From the NCBI RefSeq assembly GCF_006345805.1, contig NC_042999.1, forward strand, positions 157,356,001 to 157,420,000: 64,000 nucleotides of DNA, given 5' to 3'. The stretch comes from Octopus sinensis (taxonomy: Eukaryota). The translations under genes were made by a program, and so were the position numbers. The notes beneath the pieces were generated by a model, which was not told the origin of the DNA, did not search any database, and saw only the letters and a list, made by a program, of their open reading frames with translations. This document shows, piece after piece, positions 1 to 54,516 of this stretch (positions are counted from its first letter, which is position 1; each line of letters starts with the position of its first letter).

Positions 1-477
1 GGACAAGTAAGCATAGAGAACAATCCTTCATCAGTTGTCGGCTATCTACATTCAACGACAATATGGATCTTCAAAGACAGTTGCTCCCATAAGTTCTGAA
101 ATAAAATTTAGGATTTATGGAGGGTCAAATTTGGGAACCAAAACAGGACAGTGGAAGCATAAAAAAGAAACCAAATGAAAACAAACATGGAGGGTTGTTA
201 AACCAGAATGAGAGGAAAATAGTGAACGGTGGGAGGAATATTTTCTTTGAAAAGAGAAAAAATAGAAGAGAGAGAAAGAAAACGTCCAGTTCTTTGAACG
301 TCTGTGCAGGAAGGTTTGGAACAAGAGTCTGATGCTTCTAGAAGGGAAAAGAAATGTGACATGATGCCACAACATAAAATAAAAATAAGCCATTCAACTA
401 TAAAATGATTATAGTACTTATGTTTATAAAAGGAGAGAGGAAAAGAAAAGATAGAAGAAATGACAAAAAAATCTTAC

Positions 478-42267
<41,790 letters not shown>

Positions 42268-42771
42268 CTGTTAGGAAAAGAAAAATGAATTTATAAATAA
42301 ACAAATGACGTTTTGAGACCTTATCAGATAGTTAAAATCGGCACTTTTCCAGAATTGCTTTACACAAAAGATATTTCAAATATATACTCTTTTACTCTTT
42401 TACTTGTTTCAGTCATTTGACTGCGGCCATGCTGGAGCACCGCCTTTTTGTTGAGCAACTCGACCCCGGACTTATTCTTTGTAAGCCTAGTACTTATTCT
42501 ATCGGTCTCTTTTGCCGAACCGCTAAGTTACGGGGACGTAAACACACCAGCATCGGTTGTCAAGCAATGCTAGGGGGACAAACACAGACACACAAACACA
42601 CACACGCATATATATATATATACATATATACGACAGGCTTCTTTCAGTTTCCGTCTACCAAATCCACTCACAAGGCATTGGTTGGCCCGAGGCTATAGCA
42701 GAAGACACTTGCCCAAGATGCCACGCAGTGGGACTGAACCTGGAACCATGTGGTTGGTTAGCAAGCTACTT

Positions 42772-44819
42772 TATTTTAATAATTTGCCACTAGGGCAGCA
42801 CACAGAGTAGCTACGGGCTGGACAAGGACATTAATGGATGATGGTGGTGGTTGATGAAGATGGTGATGGGAGAAGTCAGAAAGCGCCCGCCGACTTTTGC
42901 TTCTCTAAAACAATGTTCTTTTTTTTCAATAATTTACAAAATTTCAAAAATTACAAAAATTCAAAAAATTTTCACAAAAATTTCAATTTACAATTTACAC
43001 TTTTAAAAGTCTCTTCAGAGGCAATAAACCTCTGTCACAATGTAACACAATTACAATTTTACGTTACCCGACCGATGAACTCTCTTGCTTTAATGACGCA
43101 ATCGTCCATCGTCAGGCTTCCGCATACAGGTATGACTTGCAAGAGATCCTCCGGGAAAGAATTCTCGATCCTGCACATATCATTTTCGAGTAGGACCTCC
43201 GCAGCCAGCTGCGAAGGCCACTCGGGATATTCCATGCAGGACCGAAGTCCCTCCCATTGGTTTCTCTTCCTCATCTTACCTATTTCGTTTTCTACAGTGC
43301 CTCCTTTATGGAAGAGGACTACATAAAATTTCTCCGGCATCACAACCGCCAGAGGACACATGGGAGATGCCGTCTGGGTGTTACAGTCCGCTGGTTGCGT
43401 CCCGTTCCTCTTTTTCTTTTTCTTTTTACGCTGGGCCTCGGGAGGTTGAGGTTCCGGTGCTATACGCACCGGGTCCTCTTTTTCTTCCGCAGCCTCCGGT
43501 TCCTTTGGTGGGTCGCCATTGCTCCCCACTTTTCTTTTTCTTTTGGAGGAGGATTTTTCCCCCTCCTCACTTTGTTTCTCTCCCTCCATTGGTGGGGCAG
43601 GGAGAGGCTCTGATATTAACTTCTCCAGGATCCTACTCTGGTTCCTGGGGCAGTTTTTCTTAATGTGGCCGGTCTCCGAACACAGGTGACACTTGGGGGG
43701 GCGTCCCTCAAGCATCACCGAATACTTGGACCTGGCCATCTTCAAGAAGTCCAGCAAAACCAGACTCTTGGCCGACTGGGTCCACAGAGTCAAAGTAGCT
43801 TTTGCCCTTTCCCAGTCAGCCGCAGGCTGCATTCTCACGTTCAGGATCTTGGCGCTACCACCACTCAGACCCCGGCGGATGGAATCTTCCACCCACTCGG
43901 GCTCAAAGCCGGGCGGCAGGCCGCAGACCCATAATCGTATCAATTTTTCCCCCTTATAGCTTGGGAGAAACAGAATCTCTTCGCCCTCAATGGGCTTACT
44001 CGCGAAATCGCAAGCTGCTTTAGGGAAGTCAAACAGCAACCAAATCGTTGCGTATTTGGCTCCCTGTTGAATATGTTTAACGGCTGGCATATAGTCTGCC
44101 AGCTCGTTCATAATGGTGGCTTTCGGGAAAACCATTATGGTGTCGAGTGACCTCGAATATGTCCTCAACACCACGGTTTTGTCCTCGAGCTCCTTTAAGT
44201 ACTTTTTGGGAGGTGTCAATTCCCACACAGTGAAATTCCTTGCCATAACGTAAGAAAAACAGTTCAAAATGTTACAAAATAAATTAGACACAGAAAGGAG
44301 AATGAAAAAAGCAACAGAAGGGAAGAAATAAAATTAAAATGGCAGTTCAAAAAAAAGTTCTTTTTTTTTTTACAAATGAATGATAGACGGAGAAAGAGAG
44401 TTCAAATTCAGACAAAGGAATTAATTTTTCATTTTCTTTGTTCACTTTTTCGGCCAAAAATTGTATTCCAGGCCAAATACACTGTTGGTGAAACACCTTG
44501 GTAAAATAATCCTTGGTAAATCCCGTGGATAACACAACGACAATTTCAAAATAATTTTTGCAGACGGACTATGCCGCCTCAAAAACACAATTTTCTTTAC
44601 ACTCGACAACAGGCAGAAAAATTATATCCGGAGCAAAGTGGAGCTTTATTATCTGCTAAAAAAATATTTAATGCTAAAAAACATTAATGCAAGTAATAAA
44701 ACTTCACTTCGCTCGCAAAAATACAAAACGCCTACCTGCAATCGAGTCGAAAGTTCAACAATTCACGTTGAAACAACGTGGCATCTGGAGCAGCAAAATA
44801 ACACATCTGAACAGTTCAG
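42772..44819 (-). mobile_element. ORF1-only (HAL1-like) non-LTR retroelement inserted into a SINE A
   Basis: TSD tggttagcaagc(t/g)actt at 42755-42771 and 44820-44836; SINE halves rejoin across it; one long ORF; 3' end attaaaataaa; no RT or endonuclease. Confidence 0.8.
43059..44246 (-). CDS. Intact LINE ORF1/gag-like protein, 395 aa from MARNF (410 aa from the upstream near-cognate start)
   Basis: Uninterrupted ORF; RRM-like LWVCGLPP segment; CCHC knuckle CHLCSETGHIKKNC; K/E/P-rich linker with KKKKKKR; about 90-aa unassigned C-terminus. Confidence 0.8.
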   Translation of the reverse strand: MARNFTVWELTPPKKYLKELEDKTVVLRTYSRSLDTIMVFPKATIMNELADYMPAVKHIQQGAKYATIWLLFDFPKAACDFASKPIEGEEILFLPSYKGEKLIRLWVCGLPPGFEPEWVEDSIRRGLSGGSAKILNVRMQPAADWERAKATLTLWTQSAKSLVLLDFLKMARSKYSVMLEGRPPKCHLCSETGHIKKNCPRNQSRILEKLISEPLPAPPMEGEKQSEEGEKSSSKRKRKVGSNGDPPKEPEAAEEKEDPVRIAPEPQPPEAQRKKKKKKRNGTQPADCNTQTASPMCPLAVVMPEKFYVVLFHKGGTVENEIGKMRKRNQWEGLRSCMEYPEWPSQLAAEVLLENDMCRIENSFPEDLLQVIPVCGSLTMDDCVIKAREFIGRVT

Positions 44820-45719
44820 TGGTTAGCAAGCGACTTACCACACAGCCACTCCTGCACCTGTATATATATATATATTTTTTTTTTCCAGCTCTATTCACAT
44901 GACAAACTAAAGACCATGTCAGTTAATACAGAGGTTCCAAATACCATGTTTGTCTTTGGCTTGATTTTTTAAAGCATTCCAACCGTGACAATACAACCTT
45001 TTTTAAAATCATTTGAACTGTGATTATATAGTCTGTTTTTAAAAGTATTTCAATCATCACCATCCCAAGCCTTAGTCTCCTTCATGTTACATCCTGTTTT
45101 TCTTGAAGAGCACATTAGATAATGTATTCCAAGACACACTATGCATGAAAAATAAAAAGTAGGTTGACTATGTGTGCAATGCTTTTGATCATTGATCCGT
45201 TGGGTCAGAGCTGACCTGGAGATAAGCAACAATAACTAATGAAGTGTGTGTGTGTGCGTGCATGCACATGCACACGTGATTATATAGGGAGAGTTTACGA
45301 AAAAAACAAAAGATGAAGACAGGTGGTGTACAAAACAAACAGATGTATTAGTATAATGCTCAGGAATAGAAAAAGTCTTTTACGAATCGAGCCTATGCTC
45401 TTCTACAGAAAGGGACACAGAAAAAACAAGGAGAGAAAAAAGAAGAGAAAAACAAGGAGAGAAAAAAAAGGAGAGAACATAAAATATAAAAGATTATATA
45501 TTGCTGTTAACTAACATACAAGAAATAGCAGCTACATTTCTCATCAGTAAAAATTTCGTTGTTAATATCCATAGAAATACTGAAAAACAACTATTTTTAA
45601 TGTTCCTAACATTAGCTTAATGAGAACTAAGTTATTTTACTAAATTCTTTATCATATTTAAAGTAATTGAAAGAAACACAGAGCATCTCAAAATAAATAC
45701 AGTAACAAAAGGGTTAAAC

Positions 45720-46368
45720 AATATTGTAGGGTTGGTGTGAGAGACCAGATCTGGCCAGTTTGAACATAAAACAGGCAGAATATTTTTGGCCAGATATCAT
45801 CATCATCATCATCATCGTTTAACGTCTGCTTTCCATGCTAGCATAGGTTGGACGATTTTGACTGAGGGCTGGTGAACCAGATGGTTGCACCAGGCTCCAG
45901 TCTTGATCTGGCAGAGTTTCTACAGCTGGATGCCCTTCCTAACGCCAACCACTCCGAGAGTGTAGTGGGTGCTTTTTACGTGCCACCAGCACGAGGGCCA
46001 GTCAGGCAGGATTTGGAAACGACCTCGCTCAAATCTTTTTACACATGCCACCATCACAGGTGCCTCTAAGGCAACGTTGGTAACGATCACGCTCGAATGG
46101 TGCCCTTTTATGTGCCATTGGCTGCTCTGGCAAGGAATTATGTACATTATTTATAATGGATTGACAGGTGCCATCAACTTGTTTGATGTTAACACAATGT
46201 TTCGGCTGGTGTACTCTCCAGCCTTCATCAGGTGTTCTGGTGGAATTTCACACCCAACCTTTTATTTGATCAATGGCGTACTCCGCTCTCACACCCAAGG
46301 TATTCCTTTTCTTTTTTAGCAAAGGCTACTGACTCTTGGATTCTGAGGCCAGTTTAAATGCTAAAGGG
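45720..46368 (-). mobile_element. piggyBac-type MITE family 2 remnant with nested RTE tail and Penelope fragment
   Basis: 45720-45795 is the reverse complement of part of 48776-48993; ctaaaggg|ttaa terminus at about 46368. Confidence 0.55.
46191..46236 (-). ncRNA. Minimal type-I hammerhead ribozyme motif (one core-adjacent mismatch)
   Basis: AACAC-CTGATGA-A-GGCTGG(agagtaca)CCAGCC-GAAAC-AT-T-GTGTT; stems I and II perfect, G16.2 changed to A. Confidence 0.7.
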
Positions 46369-46911
46369 TTAACCAGAAGAACCACTGGAAAGATGTATGG
46401 TCATTTGAAAAGAACTAATGAAAAGACTTCCAAACTTCCAAACCATCAACTGTGTGTGGCTCAAATGGAAAAGCATCAAGAAAACTTGTGTCATATAACA
46501 ACTCTTGAATAATTATTTGCATTACTGAATTTTGTTCTCCTCTTTGAAATTATACATTGGTCTTAACATTTAAAATTTTTAAATAAAATTTGAAACGAAA
46601 TTTTACATCGAAATACCTTTCTTGTAGTGCAAAGAACCAATTATTAAATAATCAAGTAATGCTGAAGAAATCTACAAAGACTGTTAAAAATCTATAATGG
46701 TCAAAAGCAGAAAATTCTTATGTCCATGCTTGTTTTTTCAGTGACTTATTGACCTATAAGTTAATTTAATCTAGAAATACATGATTGACATGATTCCAAA
46801 ATTTAATGCTTTTACTAAACATCTTCACTTTTCAAATTTAAATTTCTTAGGAAAATGACAAAGTAGGCCAAATAATTCCTAATACGTTTTGAAAATGATC
46901 CATTTAAAATA

Positions 46912-48092
46912 TTGGGTCATCCCAAAAATGATGTGGTTTTTTTCAATTGCATGAACTAAAAGTTGTAGGGGAATGCGATAAACTATCTGCATTAACTTGC
47001 TATGAAGGCAGGTAGTAATTTTACATTGTCCTTATTCTTAGTTCAAGTTTTGAAGAGTGCAGTTCGATTTTAACAGTTATTTTTTCAAGCTATAATGGAA
47101 GTGGCAAAGGAGCATATTTGGAACATTTTGCTTTACAAGTTCAACAAAGGAAACAACACAATGGAAAGTGCAAGGAATATTAATACAATATATGGGGATC
47201 GACAATAAGCGGTGGTTCCAGAAATTACAGCCTAGAAGACAAGCCTCATCCTAGAAGATCTGTAGAGCTCGATAAGGACATCCTGCAAACCCTGTCGGAA
47301 CAAAATCAAATTGTAGTTGTTGAGGAACTAGCAAAGAAGTTTGGATTTGGTCATTCAACTATTCAGCAACACCTGTGTGCCATTGGAAAAGTCAGCAAAT
47401 TGGGTCAATGGGTTCCTCACAAACTTTCTGAGTCTAATCACATACAAAGATTGAATGTGTGATCTTCTTTGCTGTCACGTCTCATGAATGAACCCTTTTT
47501 GGGACTGAATAGTGACTGGTGACAGGAAATGGGTTCTCTTCAAGCACCGAAGACTGGGTAGGGAAAGGAGAAACACTGGCACCCCAGGCTAAAGAAGGTT
47601 TTCACTCACATAAGGTGTTGTTAACTGTTTGGGGGGATATGAAAGGTTTAGTCCACTTTGAACATTTAAACCCAAACCAAACGAGCGGCCTAAGTCAGTG
47701 CGAGAAGAAAAACAACTATCTTTGGTTTCAAGACAAAAGGTGTTCTTCCATCAGGATAATGCTTTGCCACATACAGCAAGGATGACATTCCAGAGGCTGG
47801 AGCAGGTACCCCATCCACCATTTTAACCGGGCATTGTCCCATCTGATTATCATTTATTCTACAGAAAAAATATGAATTCTGTAGATGAGGTCAGAACAGT
47901 ACTGGAGGAGTATTTTCCGTCATGGACAAGTGAATTTTGGAAAAGGAGCCTTGCAAGTCTGCCAGATAAATGGAAGAGCATTGTAGAAAATGAAGAAGAA
48001 TATATTTTAGCTTAGAAAAGAACTTCGTTTATCTTAATTTTGAAAAATAAAAGAAGTATAAAAAAAAATGCATTATTTATGGGATGACCCAA
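46912..48092 (+). mobile_element. Decayed mariner transposon
   Basis: TA|ttgggtcatccca ... tgggatgacccaa|TA; remnants LLYKFNKG, LGQWVPHKL, IVTGD.KW, HKVLLTVWGDMKG. Second fragment at 49751-50048. Confidence 0.9.
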
Positions 48093-48775
48093 TACATTTA
48101 AAAACCACTAAGCGGATTGCCTGAGGTACCCTAATCAACCTAATAATTGTATCCAGATCTAATCCAGGTTGATGTATTGAGTGGCTGTGTGGTAAGTAGC
48201 TTGCTAACCAACCACATGGTTCTGGGTTCAGTCCCACTGCGTGGCATCTTGGGCAAGTGTCTTCTGCTATAGCCCCAGGCTGACCAATGCCTTGTGAGTG
48301 GATTTGGTAGATGGAAACTTAAAGAAGCCTGTCATATATATGTATGTGTGTGTGTTTGTCCCCCTAGCATTGCTTGACAACCGATGCTTTTGTTTACGTC
48401 CCCGTCACTTAGCAGTTCGGCAAAAGAGACCGATAGAATAAGTACTAGGCTTACAAAGAATAAGTCCCGGGGTCGATTTGCTTGACTAAAAGGCGGTGCT
48501 CCAACATGGCCACAGTCAAAATGACTGAAAACAAGTAAAAGAGTGAAAAAGAATTATATCAAAAAAGCTTTCTGAGGAGCACCCTTAAAACTTGCCACTC
48601 ATACCAAATGCTACCTTTACATTTATGCAAATACAGGTGAAGTAACATATCTGATCCCTCCAGAAAAGCATATCACAAAACTGATATTATAGATGTTTTT
48701 GATCTAATTTGGATTCTTTGCCATCAAAATTGAATTTTTCAATTGGTGCTCAAGCCTTAAAAAAAAAAGAATTAA

Positions 48776-48993
48776 CCCTTTAGTATTTAGACAGGCCATA
48801 TCCGGCCAAAATATTTAATCTGCCTTACGTTCAAACTGACTAGATCCAGGCTGTCACACCTACCCTACAATGTTATTCTACATTAAGTAATTACACCATC
48901 AAGATCTTGAAGATATGAGATAATGCATGATTAATTCAAATCAATGGGAATCAATAAGCATTATGTTGATAGAATAATCTGAACACTAAAGGG
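48776..48993 (+). mobile_element. piggyBac-type MITE (family 2)
   Basis: TTAA|CCCTTTAG ... CTAAAGGG|TTAA. Confidence 0.85.
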
Positions 48994-51679
48994 TTAAACT
49001 ACATCAGCCATAAGGGAATACATGTCTATCTTACCTAACTCGTCCAGTAGAGCCCACCAATTGATATCTGAAAAGTTCGATGAAATAACTCATGAACACT
49101 GCGAAAAGAACATATCAGACTAGATACGGCACCACCTTACTCATGAACTGCAAAGAATTTCAACCTTGAGTTTTAAAACAATAACTTGCATGCAATTACG
49201 TTCAACTAGAATTGTGCTAATAAGAGAATTAAGACATCAAACCACATGAGAACACAGTGACCTATAATGCATGACAGCCAAATATTAGCTGTCTAGGTTT
49301 GTAACATCCTCAACACAAATTAGCTCGTAGCACAAAAAATGAAAAATACAGATTTCTTTTTCAAAGGTTACATTACACACGGACCTATTTCTATCCATTA
49401 GTGCCTTAGTCCTTACAACACTAGTGACTCAAAGTATCTCAGAGACCCTTGTATACTTCAGGCAAGTAACTTGTATCAAAGCAGTCCTCTACCCTATATT
49501 TCAGCCTCACAGAGCAGAGCAAATAGCCTACTGGATGGCCCCTAGCAAACAAGTTGTACTTGTTATAAGTTCCGGTTTTTTTTTGGGGGGGGGGGGTTCT
49601 ACATCTAGTACCAGTATAAGAATTTCAGCAGTAGTCTGTTCTGGAAAAAATAGATGTGTTACATGCAAAGTTGTAGTCTCTTCATATATTAACACATGTG
49701 TTCAAATAAAGTGGTTACTGCAACATATACTTTACTCAACTTCTTACTGGGAGAAACACTGGCATCCCAGGCTAAAGAAGGTCTTCACTCACATAAGGTG
49801 TTGTTAACTGTTTGGTGGGGTATGAAAGGTTTAGTCCACTTTGAACGTTTAAACCCAAACCAAACTATAACAAAGGAGACCAACAGCAAGCAGTTTGAGC
49901 GGCTTAAGTCAGCGCGAGAAGAAAAACAACTATCTTTGGTTTCAAGACAAAAGGTGTTCTTCCATCAGGATAATGCTCTGCCACATACATTCCAGAGGCT
50001 GGAGCAGCTACCCCATCCACCATTTTAACCGGGCATTGTCCCATCTGATTAAGAGTGTAAGACAAAACATCTTTCTTTCTAGCTGTTCACATTCTGCATT
50101 TAAATCCTGTTGAGACCAACTTTGCATTTCATCTTTTTAGGATTGATGAAACAAAGTACCAGTCAAGTATTGTGATCGATGATATCAACAAGACCCCTCC
50201 CCTCAAAACTGTTAGCCTTGTACCTAAATCAAAAACCATTTTTATTACTATGTTTCCATTGTTGTTGATGTTGCTTTGTTTTATATGAGCTGTGCCGGTG
50301 GCACATAAAAAGTACCATCGGATCGTGGCCGTTGCCAGCCTCGTATGGCACCTGTGCTGGTGGTACGTAAAAAGCACCCACTACACTCACGGAGTGGTTG
50401 GCGTTAGGAAGGGCATCCAGCTGTAGAAACACTACCAGATCAGACTGGGCCTGGTGCAGCCATCTGGCTTCCCAGACCCCAGTTGAACCGTCCAACCCAT
50501 GCTAGCATGGAAAGCGGACGTTAAACGATGATGATGAGGGTGATGATGATGATGTTCCATGTTGAATCTATATCATCTAAATTGGCTTCAACATGGACTA
50601 TTAAGAAAGATCTTCACAATACATAGTAGTTGTTAACATGAAAATGATATTATACAAGTCTGGTTTACTGAGGCTAACGAAACTTGCATTTAACTAAACA
50701 GTAAACATGGTTAGCTAACTCCATTCTTTGAAGTTCTTTTATTATATCTATTCAATGGATTCATTGTGAATTTTCAAATCACAGATACTCTTTACTCTTT
50801 ACTCTTTTACTTGTTTCAGTCATTTGACTGCGGCCATGCTGGAGCACCGCCTTTAGTCGAGCAAATCGACCCCAGGACTTATTCTTTGTAAGCCCAGAAC
50901 TTATTCTATCGGTCTCTTTTGCCGAACCGCTAAGTGACGGGGACGAAAACACACCAGCATCGGTTGTCAAGCAATGCTAGGGGGACAAACACAGACACAC
51001 AAACACACACATACATATATATATATATACATATATACGACAGGCTTCTTTCAGTTTCCATCTACCAAATCCACTCACAAGGCATTGGTCGGCCTGGGGC
51101 TATAGCAGAAGACACTTGCCCAAGATGCCACGCAGTGGGACTGAACCCGGAACCATGTGGTTGGTTAGCAAGCTACTTACCACACAGCCACTCCAGCGCA
51201 GCAAAATCCTCATGAACATCTCCCAGATTTTAACTTTCAGATAGCTACCATTTGCCAGGTCTACACATCCCAATTCATGTATTTTATATTTATGTATATA
51301 TCTAATATATAAAATTGCTAGTTTGTTTATCTGTTTCTTAACAAAAACCAGTCAACCAGTCATGTTCAAACTTGGCATGAAAGGTCCTTAGACTCAGATA
51401 TAAGTTGTCATCAAAGTTGGACCAGTAATCTTTTAAGGGACATGAGATAGTTTTGGTTGTTTACGAAAAAAATAAATGGAAGTTAATGTAGTATGTGTGT
51501 GTGTGTGTGATGTGATGTTGTTAGTGTGTTAGTGGGTGTGTTTACCGCTTTCACTATCGTTAACTGAGTTCATGTGAAGAGACAGGAAATACCGTCTACA
51601 TGGTAAATGCTGTAGCTAGAAATGGCAGCCAAATGCCATGAGATATACTCCCCCCCCACTCTCTCTCTCTCTCTCTGTA

Positions 51680-51770
<91 letters not shown>

Positions 51771-52080
51771 AGGCACAATGGCCCAGTGGTTAGGGCAGCA
51801 GAATCGCGGTCGTAGGATCGTGGTTTCAATTCCCAGACTGGGCATTGTGTGTGTTTATTGAGCGAAAACACCTAAAAAGTTCCACGAGGCTCCGGCAGCG
51901 GGTGGTGGCGATCCCTGCTGTACTTTTGCACCACTCTTTCTCTCACTATATAAAATTTCTCTCACTCTTTCTTCTGTTGGCCTGCTTGCTTAGCCAGAGG
52001 GGTGGCGTCATTTGAAGGCTAAAACAATGCGAACGCATTGTGACCAGTGATGTGTAGCTACATCTGATGGTCTGGTTGAT

Positions 52081-52136
<56 letters not shown>

Positions 52137-52239
52137 ATGAATGAGGAATAATCTGAATATAATTTCAAACAGTACTATGCAAGATAGAGCAAAGCATATA
52201 GGACACTCAAATTTCATGTGTAGTGTAACAAAGGGATCA

Positions 52240-52450
52240 CCATCACAACCAAGCTCAGTATCTACGAATCATACGTCTTAACTCCCCTTTGGAGTTGGGA
52301 CAACATGTTGTCATCACATCAAGGCTTTGGAAAGTTTCCATCAAACATGTCTTAGGAGGATCTTTAATATTAAATGGCAATCTCTAACACCAAACATTGC
52401 AGGTCATCAGCAATCTAACACATCAAGTACTGAAATGCTTCACTTATGCA
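52240..52450 (+). mobile_element. Degenerate RTE-type LINE C-terminal fragment
   Basis: TKLSIYES.VL..HIKALESFHQTCLRRIFNIKWQ. Confidence 0.65.
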
Positions 52451-52689
52451 ACCAAGTGTGTTGAGTTTGGCACTTTACTAGAATGCAAAATGACAGGCTA
52501 CTTTAGCAGTTGTTTTATGAAAAGTTGCAATGTGGTAAACATCCAAAATGTAAACCTAAGAGACATTTTAGGGATGCCATCAAATATTAAGTCTCTCAGT
52601 GTGAATGTTGAAAATTGGGAGTAGTGGATGGAAGATCAATTGGTTTGGATGGAGTGATCTAAATTGGCTGTAAAACATTTGAAACTCAG

Positions 52690-52975
52690 AGAATCTAACA
52701 AGCTATCTTCAAATAACTAAGTCTATCGTTGGGTTTCCTATAAGGTTTATAAATATTTCACCATTTATAAAGATGATGCCTAGCTTTAACCGCAAATACC
52801 AATGGACCAGCACAAGAGCGGTTTTGGAAGGACGTTATCCAAATGATGAATACTTTCAATCTTAGCATAACTATAGATGCCAACCTGACAGTTGTCAGTT
52901 TCCTTGATGTATCACTAGATCTAAATAAGAATAGTTATAAACCTTATAGGAAGCCCAATGATAGACATTAAATAT
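52690..52975 (+). mobile_element. Penelope-like RT fragment
   Basis: VVSFLDVSLDLNKNSYKPYRKPND at about 52890-52965. Confidence 0.8.
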
Positions 52976-53318
52976 TAAATGGAAATTGTGGTTGTGATAC
53001 CTGTGCCGGTGGCATGTAAAAAGCACCATCCGAACATGGCCGATGCCAGTGCCCCCTTGACTGGCTTTTGTGCTGGTGGCACGTAAAAAGCACCAACCAA
53101 TCGTGGCCACTGCCAGCCTCCCCTGGCACATAAAAAGCACCCACTACACTCATGGAGTGGTTGGCGTTAGTAAAGGCATCCAGCTGTAGAAACACTACCA
53201 GATCAGACTGGAGCCTAGTGCAGCCTCCTGGCTTCCCAGACCCTGGTCGAACCATCCAACCCATGCTAGCACGGAAAATGGACATTAAACGATGATGATG
53301 ATGATGATAATATATTAC

Positions 53319-53379
<61 letters not shown>

Positions 53380-53515
53380 ATATATATATGTTATGTATGT
53401 ATATATATATATATATAGTTAATCCAAAATGAAAACACAAAGAGAAAACACAACATGCGAGGACATGGAACAAATATAGTATTATTGGATGCTCAGGAAG
53501 GAAGGGAAGAAGGAG

Positions 53516-53550
53516 GTTTTACGTTTCGAGTGGAGCTCTTCGTCAGTAAC
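53516..53550 (-). ncRNA. Minimal type-I hammerhead ribozyme motif, intact catalytic core
   Basis: GTTA-CTGACGA-A-GAG(ctcca)CTC-GAAAC-GT-A-AAAC; ACGT palindrome in place of the stem III loop. Confidence 0.72.
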
Positions 53551-53684
53551 ATAAGAAAAGGAAAGATCCAGAGAAGGGAAGACGGAAAAAAAAATCGCAA
53601 ATGGTACACACGTGGTCACATTTATATATATAAATATATATATATGTATATATATTACATTACATTATATATATATATATATAT

Positions 53685-53998
53685 CAAAATACAGGTCCAG
53701 ATACTGCAACAGCTTGGGTTTCAGAGGACCACAGCTCTTTAACATCCTCCCTAAATGCCTGAGAGACTTACATGGTGTGGATGTGGGTTTTCTTTAAATA
53801 AACTGGTCTCTTCTTGTTGGAGTCCGATGAACCTACCTCACGACGGAGACACGGATGCGGGCAGCAGCATCGAACCCCTTGTTGATCATTGCCACGTATC
53901 AGAGGTGGATTCACAAACTAGTGTAGCTCATTCAGCGGTGGTGCCCCAGCATGGCCGCGGCCTTCGGGCTAAAACATTTTTAAGGATTTAAGGATTTA
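53685..53998 (+). mobile_element. CR1-type LINE 3' end
   Basis: NSLGFRGPQLFNILPKCLRDL..FL..PDEP followed by the tail ggtggtgccccagcatggccgcggccttcgggctaaaac-(tttaagga)n. Confidence 0.8.
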
Positions 53999-54000
53999 GG

Positions 54001-54033
<33 letters not shown>

Positions 54034-54516
54034 CCACCGTTTTATATATATATAAAATAGGCGCAGGAGTGACTGTGTGGTAAGTAGCTTGTTTACCAGC
54101 CACATGGTTCCAGGTTCAGTCCCACTGTGTGGCACCTTGGGCAAGTGTCTTCTGCTATAGCCTCGGGCCGACCAAAGCCTTCTGAGTGGATTTGGTAGAC
54201 GGAAACTGAAAGAAGCCTGTCGTATATATGTATATATATATATATGCGTGTGTGTGTTTGTGTGTCTTTGTGTTTGTCCCCCTAGCATTGCTTGACAACC
54301 GATGCTGGCATGTTTATGTCTCTGTTACTTAGCGGTTCGGCAAAAAGAGACCGATAGAATAATTACTGGGCTTACAAAAAAGAATAAGTCCCGGGGTCGA
54401 GTTGCTCGATTAAAGGCGGTGCTCCAGCATGGCCACAGTCAAATGGCTGAAACAAGTAAAAGAGTAAAAGAGTGTATATATATATATATATATACATACA
54501 CATATATTACATTACA

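Noticed and set aside
43059-44291. 43-44 kb ORF as a host zinc-finger gene or extra SSADH exon
   Set aside because: It is intronless, bounded by a TSD inside a SINE, and has no ALDH similarity.
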